Source: Myxococcota bacterium
GTDB lineage: Bacteria > Myxococcota > JACRCW01
DNA: 28,348 nucleotides
Assembly (NCBI GenBank): GCA_040752415.1
Contig: JBFMGU010000138.1
Coordinates: 1 to 28,348 of the forward strand
Reading direction: 5' to 3'
In this document: positions 14,446 to 24,840 of the stretch, in pieces
Numbering within the stretch: position 1 is the first letter of the stretch
Layout of the letters: every line of letters starts with the position of its first letter
The notes under the pieces: generated by a model
Databases searched by the model: none
Seen by the model: the letters and a program-made list of their open reading frames with translations, nothing else
What the model was told of the DNA's origin: nothing
Program-made: the position numbers and the translations under genes

Positions 14446-15798
14446 ATGCGCATGAACGTGATGAAGCACGGCGTGGTGGTGGGCGCCGTCCTGTTGTCGG
14501 TGGCTTGTGGCGGGGGCGGTGGCTTGCCCATTGGGCCGGGCGCGTCGTCCAGCAGCGGTGGGAGCTCCAGCGGAGGAGAACAGCCGCTCACCATGCGCTC
14601 CGCGTTGGAGCAGTACTTCTCGGCGCTGTGCGACGCGGAAGAGCGTTGCGCCAACACCCGCGGCCGCGTGTTCTCCACCAAGGCCGCGTGCAACGCGTAC
14701 TACGCGGACCGTGAGGCGCTGTACGCGAACTATTACGGCCAGGGCTACTACGACTACTTCGCCTCGAAGTACCGCATGGCGGATGAGGCCGCGGCACGTC
14801 GCTGCCTGGACAACGTGAAGACGCAGGCGTGCGACTCCCAGGAAGTCAACAACCCGGACTGCGACGCGGCGTTCGCCCCCAGTGCGCCGGTGGCGGAGGG
14901 TGAGATCTGCGGCGGCGAGACCATCCAGCAGGAGAAGGTCTGCGGCGAGGACACCTACTGCGACTACAAGAGCGAGACGCGGCAGGACTGCACGCTGTGC
15001 TTTGCGCTGAAGGCCAACGGCCAGACCTGCCAGGGCGCCTACCAGTGTGAGAGCGGCTTCTGCGACGGCACCGAGGCCGACAGCGGCACCTGCGCGGCGC
15101 CGGCGTTCAAGTCCAAGGGCCAGAGCTGCGCGCGCACGGATCAGTGCCTGGGCAGCCTGGTGTGTGCCGGCAGCGGCGACCAGAAGACCTGCCAGGACCG
15201 CGGCGGGGCGGGCGCCAGCTGCGACGGCCCCAACGAGACCGACCCCACCCGTCCCGGCTGCTACGCGGACCTGGCGTGCGTGGTGGGCGGCGCGGGGAGC
15301 ACGGGCAGCTGCACGGCGCTCCTGGCCGACGGCGCCACCTGCCAGCGCGACCGCTTCAGCGTGGGCTGCCAGCACCTCTGCATCTTTGACTCCGAGGACG
15401 CCACCAGCGGCACGTGCAAGGGCTTCACGGACTTCCCGCAGGCCAACAGCCCGTGCAGCCGCTACCAGGGTCTGCCCTCCTACGTCTGCGACAACGACAC
15501 CACCATCTACCCGGACTACGAGGTGCAGGGTCAGGGCGCCACCGCGGACATCTCCAGCTGCACCTGCGCGTCGCGCAAGGCCGACGGTGCCGAGTGCATC
15601 TTTGGCGACGAGTGCACCAGCGGCCGCTGCAACGACGTGAACTTCCAGCAGAACCCGCCCACGCCCGGCACCTGCGGCGACAAGGCGCCCAACGGCGAGC
15701 TGTGCTTCGCGGACAGCGAGTGCGAGGGCGGCTACTGCGAGCCCAACCCGCAGCAGCCCCAGGTGGGCAACTGCGCCAACGCGCTGGCCTGTCCGTAA
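14446..15798 (+). CDS. Cys-rich repeat lipoprotein (450 aa)
   Basis: GGAGG at 14436-14440. Lipobox LSVA-C, Gly/Ser tether, and repeated modules KANGQTC..QCESGFC, KSKGQSC..QCLGSLVC, KADGAEC..ECTSGRC, APNGELC..ECEGGYC. Confidence 0.85.
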   Translation: MRMNVMKHGVVVGAVLLSVACGGGGGLPIGPGASSSSGGSSSGGEQPLTMRSALEQYFSALCDAEERCANTRGRVFSTKAACNAYYADREALYANYYGQGYYDYFASKYRMADEAAARRCLDNVKTQACDSQEVNNPDCDAAFAPSAPVAEGEICGGETIQQEKVCGEDTYCDYKSETRQDCTLCFALKANGQTCQGAYQCESGFCDGTEADSGTCAAPAFKSKGQSCARTDQCLGSLVCAGSGDQKTCQDRGGAGASCDGPNETDPTRPGCYADLACVVGGAGSTGSCTALLADGATCQRDRFSVGCQHLCIFDSEDATSGTCKGFTDFPQANSPCSRYQGLPSYVCDNDTTIYPDYEVQGQGATADISSCTCASRKADGAECIFGDECTSGRCNDVNFQQNPPTPGTCGDKAPNGELCFADSECEGGYCEPNPQQPQVGNCANALACP

Positions 15799-15813
15799 GC
15801 GCGTGACGACGTA

Positions 15814-15865
15814 GAAACGCCAAGACCCCCGCTCCGGTGTGCCCAGGGCGGGGGTCTTGTGTTTC
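15814..15865. terminator. Probable bidirectional intrinsic terminator
   Basis: Stem CAAGACCCCCGC (15821-15832) / GCGGGGGTCTTG (15848-15859), extended by GAAAC/GTTTC, between convergent genes. Confidence 0.7.
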
Positions 15866-15879
15866 GACAGGAAGTTCCA

Positions 15880-16899
15880 TCAGACCGGGTCGGGGTAGCT
15901 CGCCGCCACGGCGCACGCGCTCTCCTCACCGTCCAGCGGGCGGATCTCCTCGCGCAGCTCGGCGGGGACGGTGTCCTGGAAGACCACGGTCATGTCCTCA
16001 CCCCAGCACTCCGTGGCGCGCACGTTGGTGTCGGTGAGGCCCGCGGCGGACAGGTCGGCCGCCACCTCGGCGCCGCTCACCGTGACGTCGCCACGACCCG
16101 CGCCGGAGCCCACCCAGGAGCTGCGCAGCGTCATGGTCTCCAGGCCCGGCTTGTTCTCGTTGTGCTTGTGGATGTTGGCCTGGATGGAGAAGAGGAACGT
16201 GCCGCTGTGGTCCTCGTTCTCGGCGTAGCGGTAGGTGGCGTCGTGCGGGTTGCGGTCATCCGCGTTGGCGAACTGGATGAAGTCCACGTCGATGCTGCGG
16301 GGCTCCTGCATGGAGTTGAAGGAGATCTGGATCTCACCGCGCTCCAGCACGGCGGGGTTGAGGTCGCCGGCGGCGTCAAAATGCAGCACCAGCACGCCCT
16401 GCCCCCGACCATCCTCCTGCCCGCTGCCCTGCACCTGCCCGTCGATGAGGCTGCGGTAGTCCTCCTCGGCGGCGCTCTGCTTCCTGCGGGCTTCCAGGTT
16501 CAGCGCGTATTGGTTCTCGCCGATCTTCTCCGCGGTGAGCCGGTAGGTCAGCGGTTCCAGTCCGCCCGGCGTGTAGGGGCCCCAGATGGCCTTCTCACCC
16601 TCGACGCTGGTGGGCTCATGCTGCGTGATGTTGCGGATCTCGCGCAGCAGCGCCACCACGTGGCCGTTGAGGTAGCGGCTGATGCGGTAGGTGTGGACGT
16701 AGAACTCGCTGACGTCGCCCACCAGCGCGCTTGATGCCGTGGAGCTGCCGCCCTCGTCCTCGCTGCCGGGCACGCGGATGGTGACGGCCTCGTCGCTGGG
16801 GAGCGCGGTGCTGAAGTCGGCCTTCTGCGGCCCGCAGGCCAGCGTCATCTGGGAGGCAACAGCGAGGAGCATCAGCTTACGGGAGGTGGTGGCGAACAT
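15880..16899 (-). CDS. Hypothetical lipoprotein (339 aa)
   Basis: MFATTSRKLMLLAVASQMTLA-C lipobox, beta-rich acidic body, two C-terminal Cys, strong GC3 codon bias. Confidence 0.8.
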   Translation of the reverse strand: MFATTSRKLMLLAVASQMTLACGPQKADFSTALPSDEAVTIRVPGSEDEGGSSTASSALVGDVSEFYVHTYRISRYLNGHVVALLREIRNITQHEPTSVEGEKAIWGPYTPGGLEPLTYRLTAEKIGENQYALNLEARRKQSAAEEDYRSLIDGQVQGSGQEDGRGQGVLVLHFDAAGDLNPAVLERGEIQISFNSMQEPRSIDVDFIQFANADDRNPHDATYRYAENEDHSGTFLFSIQANIHKHNENKPGLETMTLRSSWVGSGAGRGDVTVSGAEVAADLSAAGLTDTNVRATECWGEDMTVVFQDTVPAELREEIRPLDGEESACAVAASYPDPV

Positions 16900-17020
16900 G
16901 GTCTTGGGTCCTTGTGGTTGGGGCGCCGTGCGTCCGTGCCGTGCGCGCTTCACCCCTTCAGACTCCGCTGTCCCTCCAGATCCGAAAAAGAAAATGAGAT
17001 CAACAACTTAGAGAACATGG

Positions 17021-17035
17021 GTTCACACTGTGAAC
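17021..17035. promoter_or_regulatory. 7-1-7 palindrome GTTCACA-C-TGTGAAC in an AT-rich divergent intergenic region
   Basis: Perfect dyad next to an AT-rich tract (16981-17020) between two divergent lipoprotein genes. Confidence 0.4.
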
Positions 17036-17086
17036 ACCGGATGACGTGCGGCGGGGCCGTTACCTCTCCACGCACGGAGGTGGCGG

Positions 17087-17374
17087 ATGCGCGGCGCGTG
17101 GTGCGTGATGCTGGTGTTGCTGGGTGTGGCTGGCTGCGTCGCGGGCGAGGAGGGCTACGCGTGCGGGCCGTTCACCTGTGAGCGCGGAGAGCAGTACTGC
17201 GAGAAGATCCCGGCGCTGGGATTGGCGGCGTACAACTGTCGGGAGCTGCCGGATGCGTGCAAGGGCGCCAGCGACACATGCCGCTGCCTCAGCGCGAAGG
17301 CCTGCGGGGATCTCTGCGAGGATCCCGAGGGACCGGACACCGCGGTGGTCACCTGTGACGACCAGCAGCCGTGA
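17087..17374 (+). CDS. Small Cys-rich lipoprotein (95 aa)
   Basis: GGAGG upstream; MRGAWCVMLVLLGVAG-C; mature part contains CGPFTC, QYC, YNC, DAC, TCRCL, ACGDLC, VTC. Confidence 0.75.
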   Translation: MRGAWCVMLVLLGVAGCVAGEEGYACGPFTCERGEQYCEKIPALGLAAYNCRELPDACKGASDTCRCLSAKACGDLCEDPEGPDTAVVTCDDQQP

Positions 17375-18175
17375 TCAGTGCTTCACCACCACGGCGGCAA
17401 GCTGCGTCTGGGCTTGCAGGTGGCGCGCGCCGTTCTCGGCGGTGGCGCGGTCGGCGTAGCGACCCACGCGGATGCGGTACCAGGTTCCCGTGGGGCTCTC
17501 ACTGGGGACGATGGCGGGCTTGAGGCCGGCGCTCTTGAGCTTGTCAAAGACCTTCAGCGCGTCGGTCTTGTCGGGGAAGGCGCCCACCTGCAGCGCGTAG
17601 TCATTGGCGGCGGGGAGCTCACGCGTGCCGGGCACGGGCTTCACCGGCTCGACGGGAGCGGGCGCCTGCGCGGTCTCCGTCTTCTCGAGGGGTCTCTCCG
17701 TCGCCGGCTTCTCGACGGGCTTCTCCGCCACCGGCTCCTTCTTCTCGGCGGGTTTCTCCACCTTGGGCAGCGCGTGGACCGCGGGAGGCGCGGGTGGGGG
17801 CGGCAGGTCGGACTGCGCGGGCTTCTGGGGCGCGCCACGCAGCGTGTTGTGGAAGCTGTAGTGGAGCGGCTCGGGCGCAGCGGGCTTCTGCGCGGCGGCC
17901 AGCGCGGCGGCACGTGCGGCCTTCTCCGCGGCGGCGGCGCGGGTGCGCTGGCGGTGAAGCTGGGCCTCGGCGTCAAGCTGGGCGAGCACGTCCTGGGACG
18001 AGCACGCGGCCACCTCACCGGAACCGCGCGCGTATCCCACCTTGTCGCCGGCGAAGTAGGCGGCCGCGCTGCAGAGCACCGAGATGCCCAGCGCCCCGCC
18101 GAAGGAAACGCCGCTGCCACCCTTGGGGCGCGCGGTGTTGACCTTGCGGTTGGCGGTGGGGCGCTCTGCTCTCAT
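17375..18175 (-). CDS. SPOR-domain membrane protein, FtsN/DedD-like architecture (266 aa)
   Basis: Basic N-terminus, TM helix, Pro/Glu/Lys linker, and C-terminal YALQVGAFPDKTDA...WYRIRVGRYADRATA. Confidence 0.88.
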   Translation of the reverse strand: MRAERPTANRKVNTARPKGGSGVSFGGALGISVLCSAAAYFAGDKVGYARGSGEVAACSSQDVLAQLDAEAQLHRQRTRAAAAEKAARAAALAAAQKPAAPEPLHYSFHNTLRGAPQKPAQSDLPPPPAPPAVHALPKVEKPAEKKEPVAEKPVEKPATERPLEKTETAQAPAPVEPVKPVPGTRELPAANDYALQVGAFPDKTDALKVFDKLKSAGLKPAIVPSESPTGTWYRIRVGRYADRATAENGARHLQAQTQLAAVVVKH

Positions 18176-18292
18176 CGGCGACCTTTCTTTCCCTCGGTGA
18201 CGCGTGGATCCAACTGACTCCAGCGCACGCTAAAGCTCGGGCGGTGTGCGTCTCAAATTTTTGGTCACGCACGCGCTCGCGCCGCTCGCGGA

Positions 18293-18784
18293 TCAACGCT
18301 GCTGCAGGTGGCCCAGCACGGTGGGCGAGAGCTGCACGTCGGAGGAGACGGGAGGAACACCCAGGCGCTGCAACAGCCGACCCCACCACGAGCGCGCGGG
18401 CAGGACGGTGAGCAGCTCCTGGTCGACGAGCGCGGCGGGCCACATCACGCGGCTGGAGAGCGAGGTGTGGTGGATCAGCTGCCAGCGCAGCGTGGCTCCC
18501 AGGTGGCGGGAGAGGCCGGCCAGCGCGGTGTCGACGCCATGTGCGTAGAAGGAGACCTCCTGCCAGCCTATTCCGTCGGTGACCACGCACAGGAAGTAGT
18601 CGTCCCCCAGCGCCTCCCGCGTGGCCTCACCCATGACGCGGATGTCAGCCAGTGGCATGGACCAGCCGGTGTCGCCGTGGCGGTAGACCAGTTCGTCGTC
18701 GATCACGGCCACCGCGCGCGGACCGGGCAGCACTCGCCACCGCGCCTGCTCCGACGATGCCGGGCGATCCGCTGGTTGGGACAT
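18293..18784 (-). CDS. Hypothetical protein (163 aa)
   Basis: GGGGAGG RBS before ATG 18784, globular-looking sequence (DDYFLCVV, SRVMWP), fills the gap between flanking genes. Confidence 0.65.
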   Translation of the reverse strand: MSQPADRPASSEQARWRVLPGPRAVAVIDDELVYRHGDTGWSMPLADIRVMGEATREALGDDYFLCVVTDGIGWQEVSFYAHGVDTALAGLSRHLGATLRWQLIHHTSLSSRVMWPAALVDQELLTVLPARSWWGRLLQRLGVPPVSSDVQLSPTVLGHLQQR

Positions 18785-18974
18785 CTGGCCTCCCCGGGTT
18801 TCGCAGGGTGTCGCGACCGACGGGGTTCACGCAACGTGCTTGCTTTGGCCCGCGCTTCCGCCGCCACGTGGCGGGACCGGTTTGCCAGGCCACCCCGTCC
18901 TGATAACGTCCGCGGCTCGTGGGCGCGCTTTTCCGTGCGTCCGCTGTAGCCTTCCGGCCCGCCAACCCGGGCCA

Positions 18975-20969
<1,995 letters not shown>

Positions 20970-21066
20970 GTCCGCACTTGGGACTAGGCTGCGCGCACCA
21001 TTTTCGGGGGAGGGTTCCCCGCCAACGTCGGGCGGCCGCACCGCGGACCGCCTTCGAGGTGAACGC

Positions 21067-21486
21067 ATGGTGGTCGGACTTCTGGTTGTCGCGTTGCTGA
21101 TCGTGTGCGGCCTGCTCGGCGCGTCCGGGTTCATTGTCTCCAAGAAGCCCGACGCCAAGCAGCTGCTGGAGAAGCTGGTGCCCTACCAGGGCGGCGCGGG
21201 CATTGCGGGCATTGTGGTGGGCTTGCTTGGCCTGGTGAACATGCTGATGAACCTGGGCGCCCTGCTCAAGCACAGCGTGGGCGGCCTGGTCATTGGCCTC
21301 GTCGGCTCGGCGTCGCTCATCGGCACCGGGTTCCTGCTGGGCTTTGCCCTCATCCAGGGCTTCAACAAGGATCCCAACGCGCGCGCCAAGGCGGAGGAGC
21401 TGCGGACCAAGCTGGTGACCTACCAGGTGCCCATGGGCATGGTGTGCATCGTGCTCGGCGTGCTCAACCTGGTGTTCATGCTGTAA
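21067..21486 (+). CDS. Small four-TM membrane protein with an internal duplication (139 aa)
   Basis: GAGGTG RBS, four hydrophobic segments, repeated K-L-V-[PT]-Y-Q motif. Confidence 0.85.
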   Translation: MVVGLLVVALLIVCGLLGASGFIVSKKPDAKQLLEKLVPYQGGAGIAGIVVGLLGLVNMLMNLGALLKHSVGGLVIGLVGSASLIGTGFLLGFALIQGFNKDPNARAKAEELRTKLVTYQVPMGMVCIVLGVLNLVFML

Positions 21487-21558
21487 CCCCGACCCGCGGT
21501 GGCGCGGCGGCCTGTTGGTGGCGCTGCGCCCCCGTCGGTCCGACGGAAAATCCCGCTG

Positions 21559-24108
21559 ATGGCAGTGGTGCTCCGCCTCCTGTTGCTCGTCGTGGCCTTT
21601 CTGGGGGCGGCGTTCGTGTTCGTCCCGGGTATCCGCCCTGACCTGGTGGGCCCCCAGCTCGCCGACGAGCTCAGCAACCACGCCACCCTGGGCCTGTTCC
21701 TGGGCAAGGACAGCGTGATGACGCCGGCGGCGGGCGGGCTGTTCGTCCTGCTGGGCGTGGCGGCGCTGGTCAGCTTTGGCTGGGGCGGCTCCCGACGACG
21801 ACGGGACCCGCTCTCCCTGGCGCCGGGACAGAAACCCACCAAGAAGATTGCCAACCAGCTCCTCGAGGCCAAGCGCTACAAGGAAGCGGAGGAGATGTTC
21901 CGCCACCTGGGCATCATTGACGGGCTGGTGGCGGCGCTGAAGGGACAGGCCAAGTACGTGGAGGCGGCGGAGCTGCTGGAGAGCGACGCACGCCACTCCC
22001 AGGCCGCCGAGATCCTGGAGGACAGCAACCAGGCGCCGGCCATGCAGCGCGCCGGTGAGCTGTGGCAGGCGCTGGGCAACGCGGAGCGCGGGCTCGCCGT
22101 CATGCGCAAGGCCGCGGCGCTCTTCGCCGCCAAGGGTGAAGGCGACAAGGCCATTGAAGCGCTGGCCAAGTACGGCGACACGCAGACCGCGCGGCAATAC
22201 CTGGACTCCGCCGCGGAAGCGCTGGCGCGACAGGGCAAACACGCGCGCGCCGCGGAGATGTTCGAGAAATTTGGCGACGAAGCCCGCGCCGCCGCCGCGT
22301 ACGAATACGACGCCAGCACGCAGACCGAGGAGCGCGACCGCAAGCAGTCCGGCGTGAAGGCGGCCAAGCTGTACCGGAAGGTGGGGGACATGGTGGGGTG
22401 TGGTCGCGCGCTGGAGATCAGCGGCTTCCACGAGAAGGCGGCCGAGGCCTACGGGATGGCCAAGGACTGGGCCAGCGCCGCGCGCTGTCTCAACGCGTGC
22501 GGACAGACGGAGCGGGCCGCGCAGCTGCTGGTGCAGAGCGGGATGGGGCACCAGGCCGTGGCGGTGCTGGAGAACACCGGCGACATGCGCGCCGCCGCCG
22601 CCGCCGCGCTGGCCAGCCATGACTTCTACAAGGCCGCGCAGATCTACGAGGACATGGGTGACCTGGAGGCCGCGTTCAACGCGCACGTCCAGGGCGCCAA
22701 CTACCCCGCCGCCGCCGAGATCGCGCTGCAGCGCAACCGGCCCCAGGACGCGGCGGACCTGTTCGAGCGCGCGGGCAATCCTCGTCGGGCGGCGGAGATC
22801 TATGAGGCCATGGGCAACCGCCTCAAGGCGGGAGAGCTCTACGGCCGCGCCGGCGACAAGGGCGGTGCCGCGCGCATGCTGGTGGCGGAGAACCGCATCA
22901 AGGAAGCCGCGCAGATCCTCCTTGGCGACAGCCGGCCGGAGTCGCTGGACGTGCAGCAGGAGGTGGCGCGCCGGCTCATGATGGGCGGGGAGCTGAAGGG
23001 CGCCATCACGCTCCTCAAGAGCGGTGTCGACGCGCGCGCGCCCAATGAGTGCATCAGCGCCACGCTGGAGCTGAGCAACATGCTGGAGGCCGCCGGGGAC
23101 ATTCCCAGTGCGCTGGCCTACGCGCAGCGTGCGCTGGCCGCCAAGAAGGACCACGCGGAAGCGGTGATGCGCGTGCAGCAGCTGTTCATGCGCATCAACA
23201 ACGAGCAGATGCGGGCCGCGTACGAGACGGCCATGGCGCAGCAGCAGGCGGCGCTGGTGGCGCTCAACATGCAGAAGCCGCTCACCCAGCCGGAGGAGGA
23301 CAAGCCGCCGCGCTACGTGCCGGAGGCGGAGATCGGTCGCGGCGCCATGGGCCTGGTGTTCCGCGCGCGTGACACCGTGCTGAACCGCATGGTGGCCCTC
23401 AAGCGGCTGCCGGAAGTGGTCGCCTCCGATCCCGAGGCGCGCCAGCGCTTCCTCGAAGAGGCGCGCGCCGCCGCCGGGCTCAACCATCCCAGCGTGGTCA
23501 CCGTCTACGACGCCGGCGTGGAGAAGGGCCTTCCCTACCTGGCCATGGAGCTCATTGACGGCACCACGCTGAGCCACCTGCAGCAGCAGGGCGTGCTCAC
23601 GCCGTCCAAGGCGCTGAGCATGTGCGCCGCGGTGGCCAGCGCGCTGGACCACGCGCACAAGGCCGGCATCGTCCACCGCGACGTGAAGCCCGGCAACATC
23701 CTCATCAGCAAGGAAGGCCGCGTGAAGCTGACGGACTTTGGCATTGCCGCGGCGTTCACCTCCGGCGAGGCCAAGGGCGTGACCGGGACGCCGTACTACA
23801 TGTCGCCCGAGCAGGTGCGCGGTGCGGCGGTGGATGGTCGCGCGGACATCTACTCGCTGGGGTGCGTGCTCTACGCGCTGCTCACCGGCAAGCCGCCCTT
23901 CACCGGCTCCGACGTCATGCAGGCCCACCTGCGCGCTCCCGTGCCCTCGCTGGCCGTCCACAAACCGGACCTGCCCGCGGCCGAGCTGGACGCCGTCATT
24001 GCCCGGTGCATGGCGAAGGACCCCGCGCAGCGGTTTGCCACGGCGCAGGAGTGTGGTCGCGCGTTCCTGGAGCTGGAGGCGCGGCTGCGCAAGCAGGCCG
24101 GCGCGTGA
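21559..24108 (+). CDS. Ser/Thr protein kinase with N-terminal TM segments and a long alpha-solenoid/TPR-like region (849 aa)
   Basis: Two N-terminal hydrophobic segments, many AAxxY/FExxG repeats, C-terminal kinase GRGAMGLV, VALK, HRDVKPGN, DFG, GTPYYMSPEQ, DIYSLG. Confidence 0.92.
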   Translation: MAVVLRLLLLVVAFLGAAFVFVPGIRPDLVGPQLADELSNHATLGLFLGKDSVMTPAAGGLFVLLGVAALVSFGWGGSRRRRDPLSLAPGQKPTKKIANQLLEAKRYKEAEEMFRHLGIIDGLVAALKGQAKYVEAAELLESDARHSQAAEILEDSNQAPAMQRAGELWQALGNAERGLAVMRKAAALFAAKGEGDKAIEALAKYGDTQTARQYLDSAAEALARQGKHARAAEMFEKFGDEARAAAAYEYDASTQTEERDRKQSGVKAAKLYRKVGDMVGCGRALEISGFHEKAAEAYGMAKDWASAARCLNACGQTERAAQLLVQSGMGHQAVAVLENTGDMRAAAAAALASHDFYKAAQIYEDMGDLEAAFNAHVQGANYPAAAEIALQRNRPQDAADLFERAGNPRRAAEIYEAMGNRLKAGELYGRAGDKGGAARMLVAENRIKEAAQILLGDSRPESLDVQQEVARRLMMGGELKGAITLLKSGVDARAPNECISATLELSNMLEAAGDIPSALAYAQRALAAKKDHAEAVMRVQQLFMRINNEQMRAAYETAMAQQQAALVALNMQKPLTQPEEDKPPRYVPEAEIGRGAMGLVFRARDTVLNRMVALKRLPEVVASDPEARQRFLEEARAAAGLNHPSVVTVYDAGVEKGLPYLAMELIDGTTLSHLQQQGVLTPSKALSMCAAVASALDHAHKAGIVHRDVKPGNILISKEGRVKLTDFGIAAAFTSGEAKGVTGTPYYMSPEQVRGAAVDGRADIYSLGCVLYALLTGKPPFTGSDVMQAHLRAPVPSLAVHKPDLPAAELDAVIARCMAKDPAQRFATAQECGRAFLELEARLRKQAGA

Positions 24109-24109
24109 C

Positions 24110-24757
24110 ATGAGCGGATTCTTCCTGGTCATTGAAGGCATCGACGGTGCCGGCACCACCACGCAGTGCCAGCGCCTGGTCACCCGACTGAAGGAAGCAG
24201 GTGAGCGCGCGCGCTTCACCTTCGAGCCCTCCCGCGGACCCATTGGCAAGCGCATCCGTCGCTTCCTGAAGTCGGGCGCCAACGGCAAGGCGCTGGACCC
24301 GGGCGCCCTGGCGCTGATGTTCGCCGCGGACCGCCTGGAGCACCTGCAGCGCGAGGTGGCGCCGGCGCTCGGCAAGGGCGAGGTGGTGGTGTGCGACCGC
24401 TACGTGCTCTCGTCGCTGGCGTACCAGGGGAGCTTCCTGCCCGTGGACTGGGTGGCCCAGCTCAACGCACGCGCGCCCGCGCCCGACCTCACGGTGCTGG
24501 TGGAGGTCGACGTGGAGGAGGCCACGCGGCGCCGCAAGGGCCGCGGCGGGCACGTGGACCAGTACGAGGTCGACGACGTGCAGCGACAGGTGGCGCGCAA
24601 CTACCGCCGCTTCTCGCGCCGGCCGGAGCTGGGGCGCGTGGTGCGCGTGGATGGGCACGGCACCCCGGAGCAGGTGGAAGCGCGCATCTGGAAGGCCTTC
24701 AGCTCGGTCAGACGGCGGATGGGGCAGGCAAGCGGAGAGTTGGCAATCCGTCGCTGA
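24110..24757 (+). CDS. tmk: Thymidylate (dTMP) kinase (215 aa)
   Basis: IEGIDGAGTTTQ, TFEPS, LMFAADRLEH, VCDRYVLSSLAYQG, PDLTV. ATG 24110 is 1 bp after the kinase stop. Confidence 0.93.
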   Translation: MSGFFLVIEGIDGAGTTTQCQRLVTRLKEAGERARFTFEPSRGPIGKRIRRFLKSGANGKALDPGALALMFAADRLEHLQREVAPALGKGEVVVCDRYVLSSLAYQGSFLPVDWVAQLNARAPAPDLTVLVEVDVEEATRRRKGRGGHVDQYEVDDVQRQVARNYRRFSRRPELGRVVRVDGHGTPEQVEARIWKAFSSVRRRMGQASGELAIRR

Positions 24758-24840
24758 TGCCGGTAGGGACGGCCCCCGCGATGAACCTTCATGCTCCGCT
24801 AAGTGTCGGATTCCGGTCAGTCATCCGACAACGGCGCAGG

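Noticed and set aside
23822..24840. N-terminal extensions of tmk (from 23822) and of the hydrolase (from 24391) in the ORF track
   Set aside because: They overlap upstream genes in other frames; homology-like sequence begins at 24110 and about 24841.
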